NCBI GenBank assembly: GCA_964551175.1
Contig: CAZKBZ010000002.1
Location: 2,110-66,109, forward strand
Direction: 5' to 3'
From: an uncultured Desulfobulbus sp.
Lineage (GTDB): Bacteria > Desulfobacterota > Desulfobulbia > Desulfobulbales > Desulfobulbaceae
DNA: 64,000 nucleotides
Of this stretch, positions 39,027 through 48,671 are shown one piece after another. Position numbers and translations under genes: made by a program. Position 1 is the first letter of the stretch. Each line of letters starts with the position of its first letter. Under the pieces are notes generated by a model that ran no database searches, was not told the origin of the DNA, and worked only from the letters and a program-made list of their open reading frames with translations.

Positions 39027-40961
39027 TCAACTGTAGCGGCCACATGCCTGACGCAACCTTTCCGTTACCGTTTCAATATCGAGCTGTTCAATATATAGCT
39101 GATGCCAGACTTCCATATTGAGCAGCATCCAGAGACGGACATGATGGTCATCCCGATTATTGCGGTGATCTTCAACCAGCTGGATCACATAGTTCCGGTC
39201 GAACAGGCCTTCGCGGACAAAAAAAGAGTCTTCCAAGCTTGTACGGACAAACTCGTATAACTCATTTCTAAACCAGTAGGCCACAGGGAACATAAAACCC
39301 TGCTTCCTTCTGCTGGTTATTTCCTCCGGTAGAAGTTTTTCGGCAAACTTACGCAGGATATACTTTAACTGACGTCCTTTGATTTTCAGGCTGCTTGGGA
39401 ACCTGGCAAGGTATTCAACAAGTTCATGATCAAGGAACGGCGACCGGGCCTCAAGGCTGAAGGCCATGTTCATTCGGTCGGTGAGCATGAGCGTATGCTC
39501 GGACAATCTGGTCATAAAGTCTGCATAAAGCATACGATCAATGGGGTCCTCGGCATTAGGCTTGTTGTACTGTTCAACAATAATCCGGTTAGAATCGATT
39601 GCCTGCAAATGCTGCCAGAGATCCGCTGAAAACAACTCCTGTTTCTGGGCATGGCTGAATCTGAAAAAAGCCGTGGCCTCTGCATAACGCTCTCCTTCAG
39701 TGAAATCCGACAGCTGATCCATCCAACGTAATTTCTGTACAAAACTCTTATAGGTAAAACTGTCCGGTAATGCTTTGAACAGAGGCCTCAACAGACCATG
39801 CCGCATAAATTGCGGCAGCATGGCGTACAGGCTGATATAGCCAACACCCATGTAACGATCAAATCCAGCAAAAAGTTCATCGCCCCCGTCCCCGCCCATG
39901 ACCACCTTGACATGTTCTCCTGCCAGACGAGCCGACTGGAACATGCAGGCTGCAATAGAGTCAGAGGGTTCATCAAGATGCCAGACGATTTTCGGCATCA
40001 GATCAATGAGACTTGCCGAAACTACTTTTTCCGTATGGACGGTATTAAATTGATCTGCAACGATACGGGCAAAGGGCAGTTCATTGAAATCCTGCTCTTT
40101 CACACCAATGGCAAAAGTTTCAAAGGGTTCATTCTTAATCTTTGCCATTAAGGCGACAACAGTACTGGTATCCATTCCACCACTCAAAAAAGCACCCACC
40201 GGTACGTCACTGATCAGATGGGATTCAACAGCCCTGTACAATTCCTGTTCCAGCCCTTCAAGAAACTCTTCCTCCGTATGATTCAGCTTGTCTGTAAAAT
40301 TCAGATCCCAATACCTGTTAACATGACATGAGCCATCACGATAGATCAGAGTGTGGCCGGGAGAGAGCTTGCTGATTCCCTTAAACATGGTATGGGGCGG
40401 CGGAATAAATCTCAGGGAGAGATAATGATGAACAGCTACATAATCAACCTCTCTCATGATATTGTCTGCCGCAAGAATGCTTTTTACCTCTGAGGCAAAG
40501 AGAAACTCATTGTTTTGCTCCGAAAAAAACAACGGTTTCTGGCCGATACGATCCCGGGCAAGCATGAGCTGCTGCTTCAGTTCGTCCCAGATGGCAAAGG
40601 CAAACATGCCGTTGAGCCGTTCCACACACCGCTCCCCCATTTCCTCATAAAGATGTACAATAACTTCCGTATCAGTATGGGTCCTGAAACAGTGACCTTT
40701 GGCTTCCAGTTCTTTTTTCAACTGCGGGAAATTATAAATCTCACCGTTGAATACTATCCATATGCTATCATCTTCATTGGCAATTGGCTGCCTTCCTGTG
40801 GAAAGATCAATTATACTGAGGCGCCGATGGCCGAGGCCCACCCTGCCTTTGACGTAAAATCCCTCATCATCGGGACCACGGTGTGCAATTTCTCTTGCCA
40901 TCCTCTGCAGCTCATTCTGATCAACATTTTTTCTTCCGAGTTTACCGCAAATTCCGCACAT
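39027..40961 (-). CDS. Asparagine synthase (glutamine-hydrolysing) family amidotransferase
   Basis: N-terminal nucleophile MCGICG and the RGPDD GATase domain. The synthetase domain carries SGGMDTS (PP-loop). Confidence 0.9.
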   Translation of the reverse strand: MCGICGKLGRKNVDQNELQRMAREIAHRGPDDEGFYVKGRVGLGHRRLSIIDLSTGRQPIANEDDSIWIVFNGEIYNFPQLKKELEAKGHCFRTHTDTEVIVHLYEEMGERCVERLNGMFAFAIWDELKQQLMLARDRIGQKPLFFSEQNNEFLFASEVKSILAADNIMREVDYVAVHHYLSLRFIPPPHTMFKGISKLSPGHTLIYRDGSCHVNRYWDLNFTDKLNHTEEEFLEGLEQELYRAVESHLISDVPVGAFLSGGMDTSTVVALMAKIKNEPFETFAIGVKEQDFNELPFARIVADQFNTVHTEKVVSASLIDLMPKIVWHLDEPSDSIAACMFQSARLAGEHVKVVMGGDGGDELFAGFDRYMGVGYISLYAMLPQFMRHGLLRPLFKALPDSFTYKSFVQKLRWMDQLSDFTEGERYAEATAFFRFSHAQKQELFSADLWQHLQAIDSNRIIVEQYNKPNAEDPIDRMLYADFMTRLSEHTLMLTDRMNMAFSLEARSPFLDHELVEYLARFPSSLKIKGRQLKYILRKFAEKLLPEEITSRRKQGFMFPVAYWFRNELYEFVRTSLEDSFFVREGLFDRNYVIQLVEDHRNNRDDHHVRLWMLLNMEVWHQLYIEQLDIETVTERLRQACGRYS

Positions 40962-41164
40962 CTTTTCTCTCTATAGTAACCCGTATCAATCTTGGAACGA
41001 TGTACCATCATCGGACAGATTGTGCAGGTGTATTGCTTGCAAAATTACCAAGTTGCTGCAGGCTAGGACTATGCACCATGCACAGAACCCTGTCAAGAGA
41101 CAACTTATGTGCCTGACACAGAAAAAAAGCTCTCGAGGATTTTAAACCTAAATAAGTGAATAGC

Positions 41165-41193
41165 TTGACATGGTACGCTTAATTGTTCATATT
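41165..41193 (+). promoter_or_regulatory. Candidate sigma70-type promoter of the plus-strand operon (TTGACA-17 nt-CATATT)
   Basis: TTGACA at 41165-41170, a 17-nt spacer, and CATATT at 41188-41193. It lies 29 nt upstream of ATG 41223, in the divergent intergenic region. Confidence 0.35.
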
Positions 41194-41222
41194 CTGCGAG
41201 CAACTTAACAACGGAATTTATA

Positions 41223-42059
41223 ATGCAGGCGAAAACAGACCATAACTCCTGGATCATGGGAGATGGCCATGTTCACATTCACGATTCATTTGCTCTTGAC
41301 AAGCTGTTCAAGGCTGCCCTGGACAATTTTAACCACTATACTCATTGTCTGAGCCTTAAAGGAACTCTTAACTATTTTCTCCTGCTTACTGAATCCGCCG
41401 GTACAGAGGCGTTTACCCGGTTGCGTAATTCACCAGGGCAGGTCGATGGGTTTACACTGCGGACTACTGATGAAGCAAACTGTCTGCAAATGGATCTTCA
41501 CCAGAATGCATCTCTGTATGTTGTCGCCGGACGACAAATTGTCACTGCCGAATCCCTTGAGGTTCTTGCACTTGGTCTGGACACCACCTATCCGGATAAC
41601 AACCCCTTGCAGGAAATCCTGCGAGACCTGGAAAACAAAAATTGCCTGATGGTGCTGCCCTGGGGGGCAGGTAAATGGCTTGGCAAACGGGGCAGAATTG
41701 TTCAGCGTACCGTTCAATCTTTTCGTAACCGCTCCTTTTTTCTTGGAGACAACGGTAATCGTCCTTTTTTCTGGCCAAAACCTGCTGTTTTTTCCCAGGC
41801 ATCCAAGATGGGGACTGGCAACCTTCAGGGCAGTGACCCGCTCCCCTTTCGCAACCAGGAGGAACGGGTTGGCAGTTTCGGTTTCTATTTTCCCGGGACA
41901 GTGAGTAGTGCTCGTCCTTTCCACTCCCTGAAGCAACAGATTACCGCTCCGGAAAGCAGCCTGCAATCCTTTGGCAGACCTGAACGCATTCTGCCCTTTT
42001 TCTGTCTCCAGATCAGCATGCAGCTAAGCAAGCATTTAACTCACAATCCATATAGTTAA
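41223..42059 (+). CDS. Hypothetical protein, possible PHP-like metal-dependent phosphoesterase
   Basis: N-terminal GDGHVHIHDSF (HxH) and a late GSDPLP recall PHP-domain motifs (as in CpsB/YwqE-type phosphatases). The assignment is weak. Confidence 0.4.
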   Translation: MQAKTDHNSWIMGDGHVHIHDSFALDKLFKAALDNFNHYTHCLSLKGTLNYFLLLTESAGTEAFTRLRNSPGQVDGFTLRTTDEANCLQMDLHQNASLYVVAGRQIVTAESLEVLALGLDTTYPDNNPLQEILRDLENKNCLMVLPWGAGKWLGKRGRIVQRTVQSFRNRSFFLGDNGNRPFFWPKPAVFSQASKMGTGNLQGSDPLPFRNQEERVGSFGFYFPGTVSSARPFHSLKQQITAPESSLQSFGRPERILPFFCLQISMQLSKHLTHNPYS

Positions 42060-42063
42060 CAAC

Positions 42064-43245
42064 ATGAAAACACTTGTCGTTGCGCCGCAGCCTTTTTTCT
42101 CTCCCCGGGGCACACCTTTCTCAGTATATTACAGGACGCTGATCAGTTCCGAGCTCGGGGAAAAAATAGATTTTCTGACCTATGGTCAGGGCCAGGATGT
42201 TATCATTCCGGGTGTACGATTTTTCAGAACCCCGGCCTTTACTTTTTTGGGTACTATAAAAATCGGGCCATCAATACTCAAGCTGTTCCATGATGTTTTT
42301 ATTTTTTTCCGGATGGTTGAGCTGCTACTTCGATATCGGTATGATTCTGTTCATGCCCATGAGGAGGCTGTGTTCCTGTCTATTCTCCTCAAGCCCATTT
42401 TCAGGTTCAAACTGATTTACGACATGCATTCCAGCCTGCCGCAGCAGTTATCCAACTTTAACTTTACCAGGTTAAAAATACTGATCAAAACTTTCACCTG
42501 GCTTGAAAACAAAAGCCTTGCAGCAAGTGATGCCATTATCACCATCTGTCCGGATCTGTATAACTACGTGGAATCCGTGCTTCCCGGAAATGACAAGAAT
42601 TTTCTCATCGAAAACTCTATTTTTGAGCCTGTTCGGCTGGCCAACGCTTCTGCTGCAAATTCTGCAAATGAACAGAGCCCCCCTGTGACCATTCCAGCTT
42701 CCTTTACCTGCCGGGTAGTATATGCCGGCACACTGGAAAGTTATCAGGGTATAGATATCCTCGTTCAGTCCATTCCCTACGTAATCAAACATAATAAACA
42801 TATAGGATTTATCATTGTCGGAGGAACAGAAGAACAGGTTAATAAATATAAACAAATGAGTGAACACTACGGTGCAAAGCGACATGTCATCTTCACCGGA
42901 CGTGTTTCACAGGCTCAGGCCAGGGCTTATACGGAACAGGCGACTGTTCTGGTCTCTCCGAGAAGCAGCGGCACCAACACTCCTTTAAAAATTTATGAAC
43001 AGCTTGCCTCTGGTACGCCACTTGTTGCTACTTCGATTTACTCTCATACCCAGGTGTTAACTTCAGACGTAGCTTTTTTGGTGAAACCGGACCCGACGGA
43101 TATGGCAAATGGCATTTTGCAGGCAATTGATCCGAGCGGTGAAAGCCAACGAAAAGCCGAGAATGCAAAAAAACTCTACAACAGCCACTACTCGAGAAAA
43201 GCGTACGTTACTAAACTACTCAACGTCTTAAACCATGTAGCCTGA
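42064..43245 (+). CDS. GT4 (GT-B fold) glycosyltransferase
   Basis: C-terminal half VYAGTLESYQGID ... GTNTPLKIYEQLASGTPLVATSI, an E-x7-E-type region. Confidence 0.8.
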   Translation: MKTLVVAPQPFFSPRGTPFSVYYRTLISSELGEKIDFLTYGQGQDVIIPGVRFFRTPAFTFLGTIKIGPSILKLFHDVFIFFRMVELLLRYRYDSVHAHEEAVFLSILLKPIFRFKLIYDMHSSLPQQLSNFNFTRLKILIKTFTWLENKSLAASDAIITICPDLYNYVESVLPGNDKNFLIENSIFEPVRLANASAANSANEQSPPVTIPASFTCRVVYAGTLESYQGIDILVQSIPYVIKHNKHIGFIIVGGTEEQVNKYKQMSEHYGAKRHVIFTGRVSQAQARAYTEQATVLVSPRSSGTNTPLKIYEQLASGTPLVATSIYSHTQVLTSDVAFLVKPDPTDMANGILQAIDPSGESQRKAENAKKLYNSHYSRKAYVTKLLNVLNHVA

Positions 43246-45125
43246 TGTGCGGCATCTGCGGCTTTGTCCGCTTCCACGAACAAAATCATGAAGCTGACCT
43301 GCAGCGACTTGATCAGATGGTACAAACCCTGTACCATCGAGGTCCTGATGAATCCGGCATGGCTCTCCAGAACGGGGTTGCCATGGGTATGCGCAGACTG
43401 TCAATTATCGATTTAGGCGGTGGCACACAACCGATCCATAATGAAGATCGTACCATCTGGACGGTCTTTAACGGTGAAATCTATAACTTTTTGGAACTTA
43501 AATCCGACCTGCAGCAGCACGGCCATGTCTTTGCCACTAACTCCGACACCGAAACCATTGTCCATGGTTATGAGCAATACGGAACAGACTTCCCTAAGCA
43601 CCTTAACGGCATGTTTGCCATTGCCCTCCATGACAGAAAAAAACATCGCTTTATCCTGGCCAGGGATCATCTGGGGATAAAACCGCTTTACTATCTCTTC
43701 ACTGACAAGCACCTGATCTTTGGCTCGGAAATCAAAGCCATACTGGCCAGCGGTTGGGTTGACCGTTCCCTGGACATGAACAGTCTGGCCGCATTTCTGT
43801 CATGGGAATATATCCCGGGCCGTGCCACCATGTTTACCGGTATTCACAAACTAGAGCCTGGTGAAATGGTGACCATTGATCTCAATCGTCCTTCTTTCAT
43901 CCCTCAGCACTACTGGGACATTCCTCTTCCGGATCCCGAGGTGATGCAACTCACTAGCCGAGAATGGGAAGAGCGCATAGAAGCCCAGATCTTAAAGTCC
44001 ACCCGTATGCAGATGATTAGTGATGTACCCTTGGGGGCTTTTTTGTCCGGTGGTGTCGATTCCTCACTGATTGCGGCAGCTATGGGCCGAGTCCAGACTT
44101 TCAGCATCGGCTTTGATGATCCGACTTATAATGAGCTTCCCTGGGCAAGAAAAGTTGCCGGTCACCTTGGAGTCGATCATCGTGATAAGATCATACGGCC
44201 TGATGTCTACTCATTGTTTGACCAGCTGATGCATTTCATGGAAGATCCCATCGGCGACTTTTCCATCTTCCCGACTTTCCTTGTCTCCCAGCTTGCCCGG
44301 GAGCATGTGACAGTTGTTTTGAGTGGAGATGGTGGCGACGAGCTTTTCGGTGGTTATGAGACCTACCTTGCACAGAAGACTTGTCTCCTTTATCAACGAA
44401 TCCCGAAATTTATGCGAAGCAGGGCAATAGAGCCGCTGATCAACCTTCTCCCCCCCAGTGCCAAAAAAAAAGGTTTCGTCAACAAGGCACGCCGCTTTGT
44501 GGAAGGGGCTTCCTATCCGGAAGTAATGGAACATACACGCTGGCGCATATTTGCCAGTGACCAAATGCGCTCCCGGCTTTTCAGCACCTCGGCTGAAAAA
44601 GAAATAACCCTGCCTGCAGCTGATCATATCAGCCGACTTTTTTCCCGGGCCGGTAAGCGGGGCAATCTTCAGCGAGACCTTTATGTTGATGTCAAGAGCT
44701 ACCTGTGTGATAATATTCTGACCAAAGTAGACAGGATGTCAATGGCGGTTTCCCTTGAAGCACGGGTACCCTACCTGGATCCGGATCTGGTTGAGCTTGC
44801 CTTCCAGATACCGGAGAAATACAAGCTTGAAGGCAGCGAAACCAAAGCAATCTTAAAACGGGTGGCAGCGCGTCATATCCCTGAAGACTGTGTGTACCGA
44901 CCAAAGGAAGGATTCAGTATTCCCATTAAACACTGGCTCAATAATGAGTTCCGCCCCCTTCTTGAAGAACACCTCAATGAGTCCTCCGTCAAGAGCAATG
45001 ACCTGTTCCAGTGGAAGACAATAAAAAGGTTAAAGGATGAGCATTTGACCGGTCGGGAAAATCACAGCCATCTCCTCTGGGCTATGATTGTTTTCCATGA
45101 CTGGCAAAAACGCTGGCTTGGCTGA
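43245..45125 (+). CDS. Asparagine synthase (glutamine-hydrolysing) family amidotransferase, second copy
   Basis: MCGICGF, RGPDE, and the PP-loop SGGVDSS. The start overlaps the GT4 stop by 1 nt (TGATG). Confidence 0.9.
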   Translation: MCGICGFVRFHEQNHEADLQRLDQMVQTLYHRGPDESGMALQNGVAMGMRRLSIIDLGGGTQPIHNEDRTIWTVFNGEIYNFLELKSDLQQHGHVFATNSDTETIVHGYEQYGTDFPKHLNGMFAIALHDRKKHRFILARDHLGIKPLYYLFTDKHLIFGSEIKAILASGWVDRSLDMNSLAAFLSWEYIPGRATMFTGIHKLEPGEMVTIDLNRPSFIPQHYWDIPLPDPEVMQLTSREWEERIEAQILKSTRMQMISDVPLGAFLSGGVDSSLIAAAMGRVQTFSIGFDDPTYNELPWARKVAGHLGVDHRDKIIRPDVYSLFDQLMHFMEDPIGDFSIFPTFLVSQLAREHVTVVLSGDGGDELFGGYETYLAQKTCLLYQRIPKFMRSRAIEPLINLLPPSAKKKGFVNKARRFVEGASYPEVMEHTRWRIFASDQMRSRLFSTSAEKEITLPAADHISRLFSRAGKRGNLQRDLYVDVKSYLCDNILTKVDRMSMAVSLEARVPYLDPDLVELAFQIPEKYKLEGSETKAILKRVAARHIPEDCVYRPKEGFSIPIKHWLNNEFRPLLEEHLNESSVKSNDLFQWKTIKRLKDEHLTGRENHSHLLWAMIVFHDWQKRWLG

Positions 45126-45209
45126 TAAAACTGATTTCGTGCACCGTGCATTCATGTGACGTTTTTCCTCTTCAATTAACAGCAAGACAACCGGGATGCA
45201 ATCAAGAAA

Positions 45210-46742
45210 ATGTCAATGAAACGTAGCCATGCACAATTGGCAGAGAAAACATATGATCTCATCATAATCGGCGGTGGAGTGTACGGCATTGCACTCTCCC
45301 TTGTTGCCTCCCAGTTGGGTCTACGCAACCTGTTGATAGAAAAAAATGATTTCGGATGGGCCACTACCTATAACTCCCTGCGAACCATTCATGGCGGTCT
45401 GCGTTACCTCCAGAAAATGGATCTGTCCCGTTTTTTTGAATCCGTTGCTGAACGCCACTGGTTTATGCAGGAATTCCCTGGTCTGGTTACTCCTCTTCCC
45501 TGCCTTATGCCTCTGTACGGTAACGGCCCTTACCGGCCGTCTGTCTTTCGGGTAGCCTTGGGAATCAATGACTTTCTCTCCAGAAAACGGAACCGGTGCG
45601 TTCACCCGGAACAGGAACTGAAAAACGGACATGTCATCGGCCCGGAAGAGGTAATCCAACTTTTTCCACTAGTCGATACACAGGATTTAAAAGGTGGCGC
45701 AGTATGGTATGACGGCGGTATGCCCTCGTCCCAGTTGGTTGTTATGGAAATGTTGAAAAGAGCCTGTAGCGGACCAACCACGGCCCTGAACTATATGGAA
45801 GCAGATAAACTGCTGCTGGATAATAATAAAGTACAGGGAGTACACTGCATTGACAGGGAAACCTCTACAGGCTGCACATTCCGGTCAGCCAAAATCATTA
45901 ATGCTGCCGGCCCATGGTGTCGTTCTCTGGCTGCTAAATTTGATTGTGATGATCCTAATCTTTTCAAGTATTCCATTGCCTGGAACCTACTCATCAACAA
46001 AAAAGCTCTGTCCAGTCACTCAGTTGCAGTAAAGCCGAAAATACCGGGAGCAAGGATGTACTTCATTCATGCCTGGCATGGAATAATCATGGGCGGTACC
46101 GTTCACTCCCCTTGGAACGGAGTTACCGACCTTCCCATGCCGACCCGGGCGGAGCTCAAGACATACCTTAAACATCTCAACCATGCTGTACCTGGCCTTA
46201 ACGTACAACAAAAAGATATTGTGCAGATTTACAGCGGCCTGCTGCCGGTGAAGGAGCAGGGTGGAGATACCCTTGCAGACAGGGAGATTATCAAGGACCA
46301 TAAGGTTACAGGAGGCCCACGGGGACTGTATACCATATCCGGTGTCAAATTTACCACAGCCAGAAAAGTTGCTGAAAAAACTATAAAAATTCTCTTTCCT
46401 GAAAAAACTCCACTGGCAGCTAACAGTATCCGCCTTCGTTTTGCATCCAAAGCAGACCATCTTGACGGCAACTTCGCCTATGACTGGCAGCCGAAGGAAT
46501 CCGATTCACACTGGAAGGAAAGACTATCCGCCATCATCGATGAGCAGGCGGTGCTGCATCTTGACGACCTTATTGTCCGTAGAACAACAATCGGTGATAA
46601 TCCGGCTCGGGCCCTGAAAATTGCACCTGTTATCAGCAGGCTTTTCCCGTGGGATAAGGACAAACGTGCCCAGGAGCTGGGCCGACTGCAGACGTTCTTT
46701 ACTTCCAGGTCTCCCGATGGACAAGAAATATTGTCACGCTGA
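45210..46742 (+). CDS. FAD-dependent oxidoreductase (glycerol-3-phosphate dehydrogenase/oxidase-like, DAO family)
   Basis: N-terminal dinucleotide fold YDLIIIGGGVYGIA followed by SLRTIHGGLRYLQ, typical of GlpD/GlpA-like enzymes. Confidence 0.75.
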   Translation: MSMKRSHAQLAEKTYDLIIIGGGVYGIALSLVASQLGLRNLLIEKNDFGWATTYNSLRTIHGGLRYLQKMDLSRFFESVAERHWFMQEFPGLVTPLPCLMPLYGNGPYRPSVFRVALGINDFLSRKRNRCVHPEQELKNGHVIGPEEVIQLFPLVDTQDLKGGAVWYDGGMPSSQLVVMEMLKRACSGPTTALNYMEADKLLLDNNKVQGVHCIDRETSTGCTFRSAKIINAAGPWCRSLAAKFDCDDPNLFKYSIAWNLLINKKALSSHSVAVKPKIPGARMYFIHAWHGIIMGGTVHSPWNGVTDLPMPTRAELKTYLKHLNHAVPGLNVQQKDIVQIYSGLLPVKEQGGDTLADREIIKDHKVTGGPRGLYTISGVKFTTARKVAEKTIKILFPEKTPLAANSIRLRFASKADHLDGNFAYDWQPKESDSHWKERLSAIIDEQAVLHLDDLIVRRTTIGDNPARALKIAPVISRLFPWDKDKRAQELGRLQTFFTSRSPDGQEILSR

Positions 46743-46867
46743 GGCTGCATGTTCCTTCCCTAACAGAAACTCCGGCAGCATACAATTGACGCTGTTGGCC
46801 GAAGACTGTATCATGGTCACTGTTTTCTTCTCGACACATTAAAATACGTCAAACAATACCTGAACAT

Positions 46868-47689
46868 ATGAGAAACGAAATGGAGATAAACCTTCCCTGG
46901 CAGATACGGATGTTCCGCAAGACATTGAAAAAACAGATGCGTCTTAAAGAGCTAACCAAACTCTTAGGCAGCATAAAATCTGATGAAAAATGTCTTTTAG
47001 TTACCTGCGGTGATAATAACGGTGCAATGAACTATTTTCTCCGTGAACTCGGTGGGCAATGGTCCTGGGCAGAGCTCGAAACCCAATCAATAGATGAAAT
47101 GCGACAGCTGCTTGGAGAAAATATTCTTCTGGGCTCTTATGACAGACTTGATTATCCTGACCGTTTTTTTGACAGGATCATTTCCATTGACTGCCTGGAA
47201 CATATTGAGAATCCTAATGTTTTCACCCATGAACTGTACAGGATCTGCAAATCCGGCGGCCAGGTAATTATTACCATCCCCGGTGGTGATCAGAAAAAGA
47301 TTGTCAACAAGTTAAAAAACATAGTCGGCATGACCAAGGAAGCATACGGCCATGTTCGTGACGGCCTGACCGTTGCCGAACTTGAACCGATCATGGAAGA
47401 GGCTGGATTTGTACCGACCCGTAGAGTAACTTTTTCCCGATTTTTTACGGAAATGGTCGAACTGACCATCAATTTCCTCTACGTTAAGGTGCTGGCAAAA
47501 AAAGGCGAGGCAAATGTTGAAGAGGGAACCATTGCCCCTGCCACGGAAGAGCAGTTAAAATCCGTTGAAAAAACCTACAGGATGTATGCCCTTGTCTATC
47601 CGTTTTTCAAGGCGATATCCTCTCTTGATGTGTTAGTAATGGGTGGCGAGGGATACGTTACCATTGTGGAAGGAAAACGAAATGCCTGA
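46868..47689 (+). CDS. Class I SAM-dependent methyltransferase
   Basis: LLVTCGDNNG (motif I-like) and FDRIISIDCLEHIENPNVFTHELYRICKSGGQVIITIP. Confidence 0.7.
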   Translation: MRNEMEINLPWQIRMFRKTLKKQMRLKELTKLLGSIKSDEKCLLVTCGDNNGAMNYFLRELGGQWSWAELETQSIDEMRQLLGENILLGSYDRLDYPDRFFDRIISIDCLEHIENPNVFTHELYRICKSGGQVIITIPGGDQKKIVNKLKNIVGMTKEAYGHVRDGLTVAELEPIMEEAGFVPTRRVTFSRFFTEMVELTINFLYVKVLAKKGEANVEEGTIAPATEEQLKSVEKTYRMYALVYPFFKAISSLDVLVMGGEGYVTIVEGKRNA

Positions 47690-48671
47690 AAACAGCAAAA
47701 AAATTCTGGTTACCGGGGCAGGAGGGTTCCTAGGCTATCACACTGCCAACTTTTTTTCCGCCCTGGGACACAAGGTGGATGGAATGGACCTCCACTTTCC
47801 CGCACATCCGGTTGATGGAAAAAAATGTTTGTTTAACATGCTGGAACAAGATTTTCGAGACTGGAAGTTAACGGAAAAGGCCCTTGTCGGCAAGGATGTG
47901 GTTTTTCATCTTGCCAGTGCCCATCTGCAAATCAGCCTTGATGAAAGTGAATACTGGGATATAAATGTACATGGGTTGCGCACCCTGCTGGAAAAATCTC
48001 ACAAGGCCGGTGTCCACCGTTTTGTCCACATCAGTTCAGTTGGAGCCTATGGTAAGCTTGAAACTGTACCGGCGGATGAACGTACACCTTGTCACCCCCA
48101 ATCCATTTATGGTGAAACCAAGCTGGCCGGTGAAAAAGAAGTCATTAAATTCTGTAAAGAATCCGGTATGGACTATGTTATTTTGCGGCCAGCATGGGTG
48201 TATGGTCTGGGTTGCCCGAGAACTGCGAAACTCCATCGGATGCTCAAGAAGAAACGTTTTATAATGATTGGAAAGGGAACTAATAAACGCCATCCCATGT
48301 ATATCAAGGATATGCTTGAGACCTTCCGTTTGGCTATGGAGCGGGACAAAGCTGCCGGAGAAATGATGATTATCGGAGGAGACCAGATCGTTACCACATA
48401 TGAGTTGATTGAAACCTTCTCTTCCGTACTTCATCTGCCTGGACCACTGATTACCCTGCCATACCCTCTGGGTGTTGCCATTGCCTCTGTTGCTGAAACC
48501 CTGTTCGGTCTGTTGGGAAAAGAACCTCCCATTTCACGTCGTACCCTGGAATTTTTCGATACTGATAACGGTTTTGATATCAGTAAATCCAAAAAAATTC
48601 TCAACTTTATCCCCCAATACTCACTGGAAGATGGTTTGAAGGATTACGCCGAAAATTTCAGCACCGTTTAA
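47682..48671 (+). CDS. NAD-dependent epimerase/dehydratase (SDR family)
   Basis: KILVTGAGGFLGYH and the catalytic YGETK. The start is set at ATG 47682, which overlaps the methyltransferase stop (ATGCCTGA). Confidence 0.85.
   Translation: MPENSKKILVTGAGGFLGYHTANFFSALGHKVDGMDLHFPAHPVDGKKCLFNMLEQDFRDWKLTEKALVGKDVVFHLASAHLQISLDESEYWDINVHGLRTLLEKSHKAGVHRFVHISSVGAYGKLETVPADERTPCHPQSIYGETKLAGEKEVIKFCKESGMDYVILRPAWVYGLGCPRTAKLHRMLKKKRFIMIGKGTNKRHPMYIKDMLETFRLAMERDKAAGEMMIIGGDQIVTTYELIETFSSVLHLPGPLITLPYPLGVAIASVAETLFGLLGKEPPISRRTLEFFDTDNGFDISKSKKILNFIPQYSLEDGLKDYAENFSTV

Noticed and set aside
41430-41966. 178-aa and 86-aa minus-strand ORFs antisense to the PHP-like gene. Similar antisense ORFs occur inside the asnB, FAD-oxidoreductase and GT genes (for example 46020..46460, 42472..42885, 29173..29577).
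   Set aside because: They are embedded antisense in longer ORFs with recognisable domains or operon context, and they have no motifs of their own.
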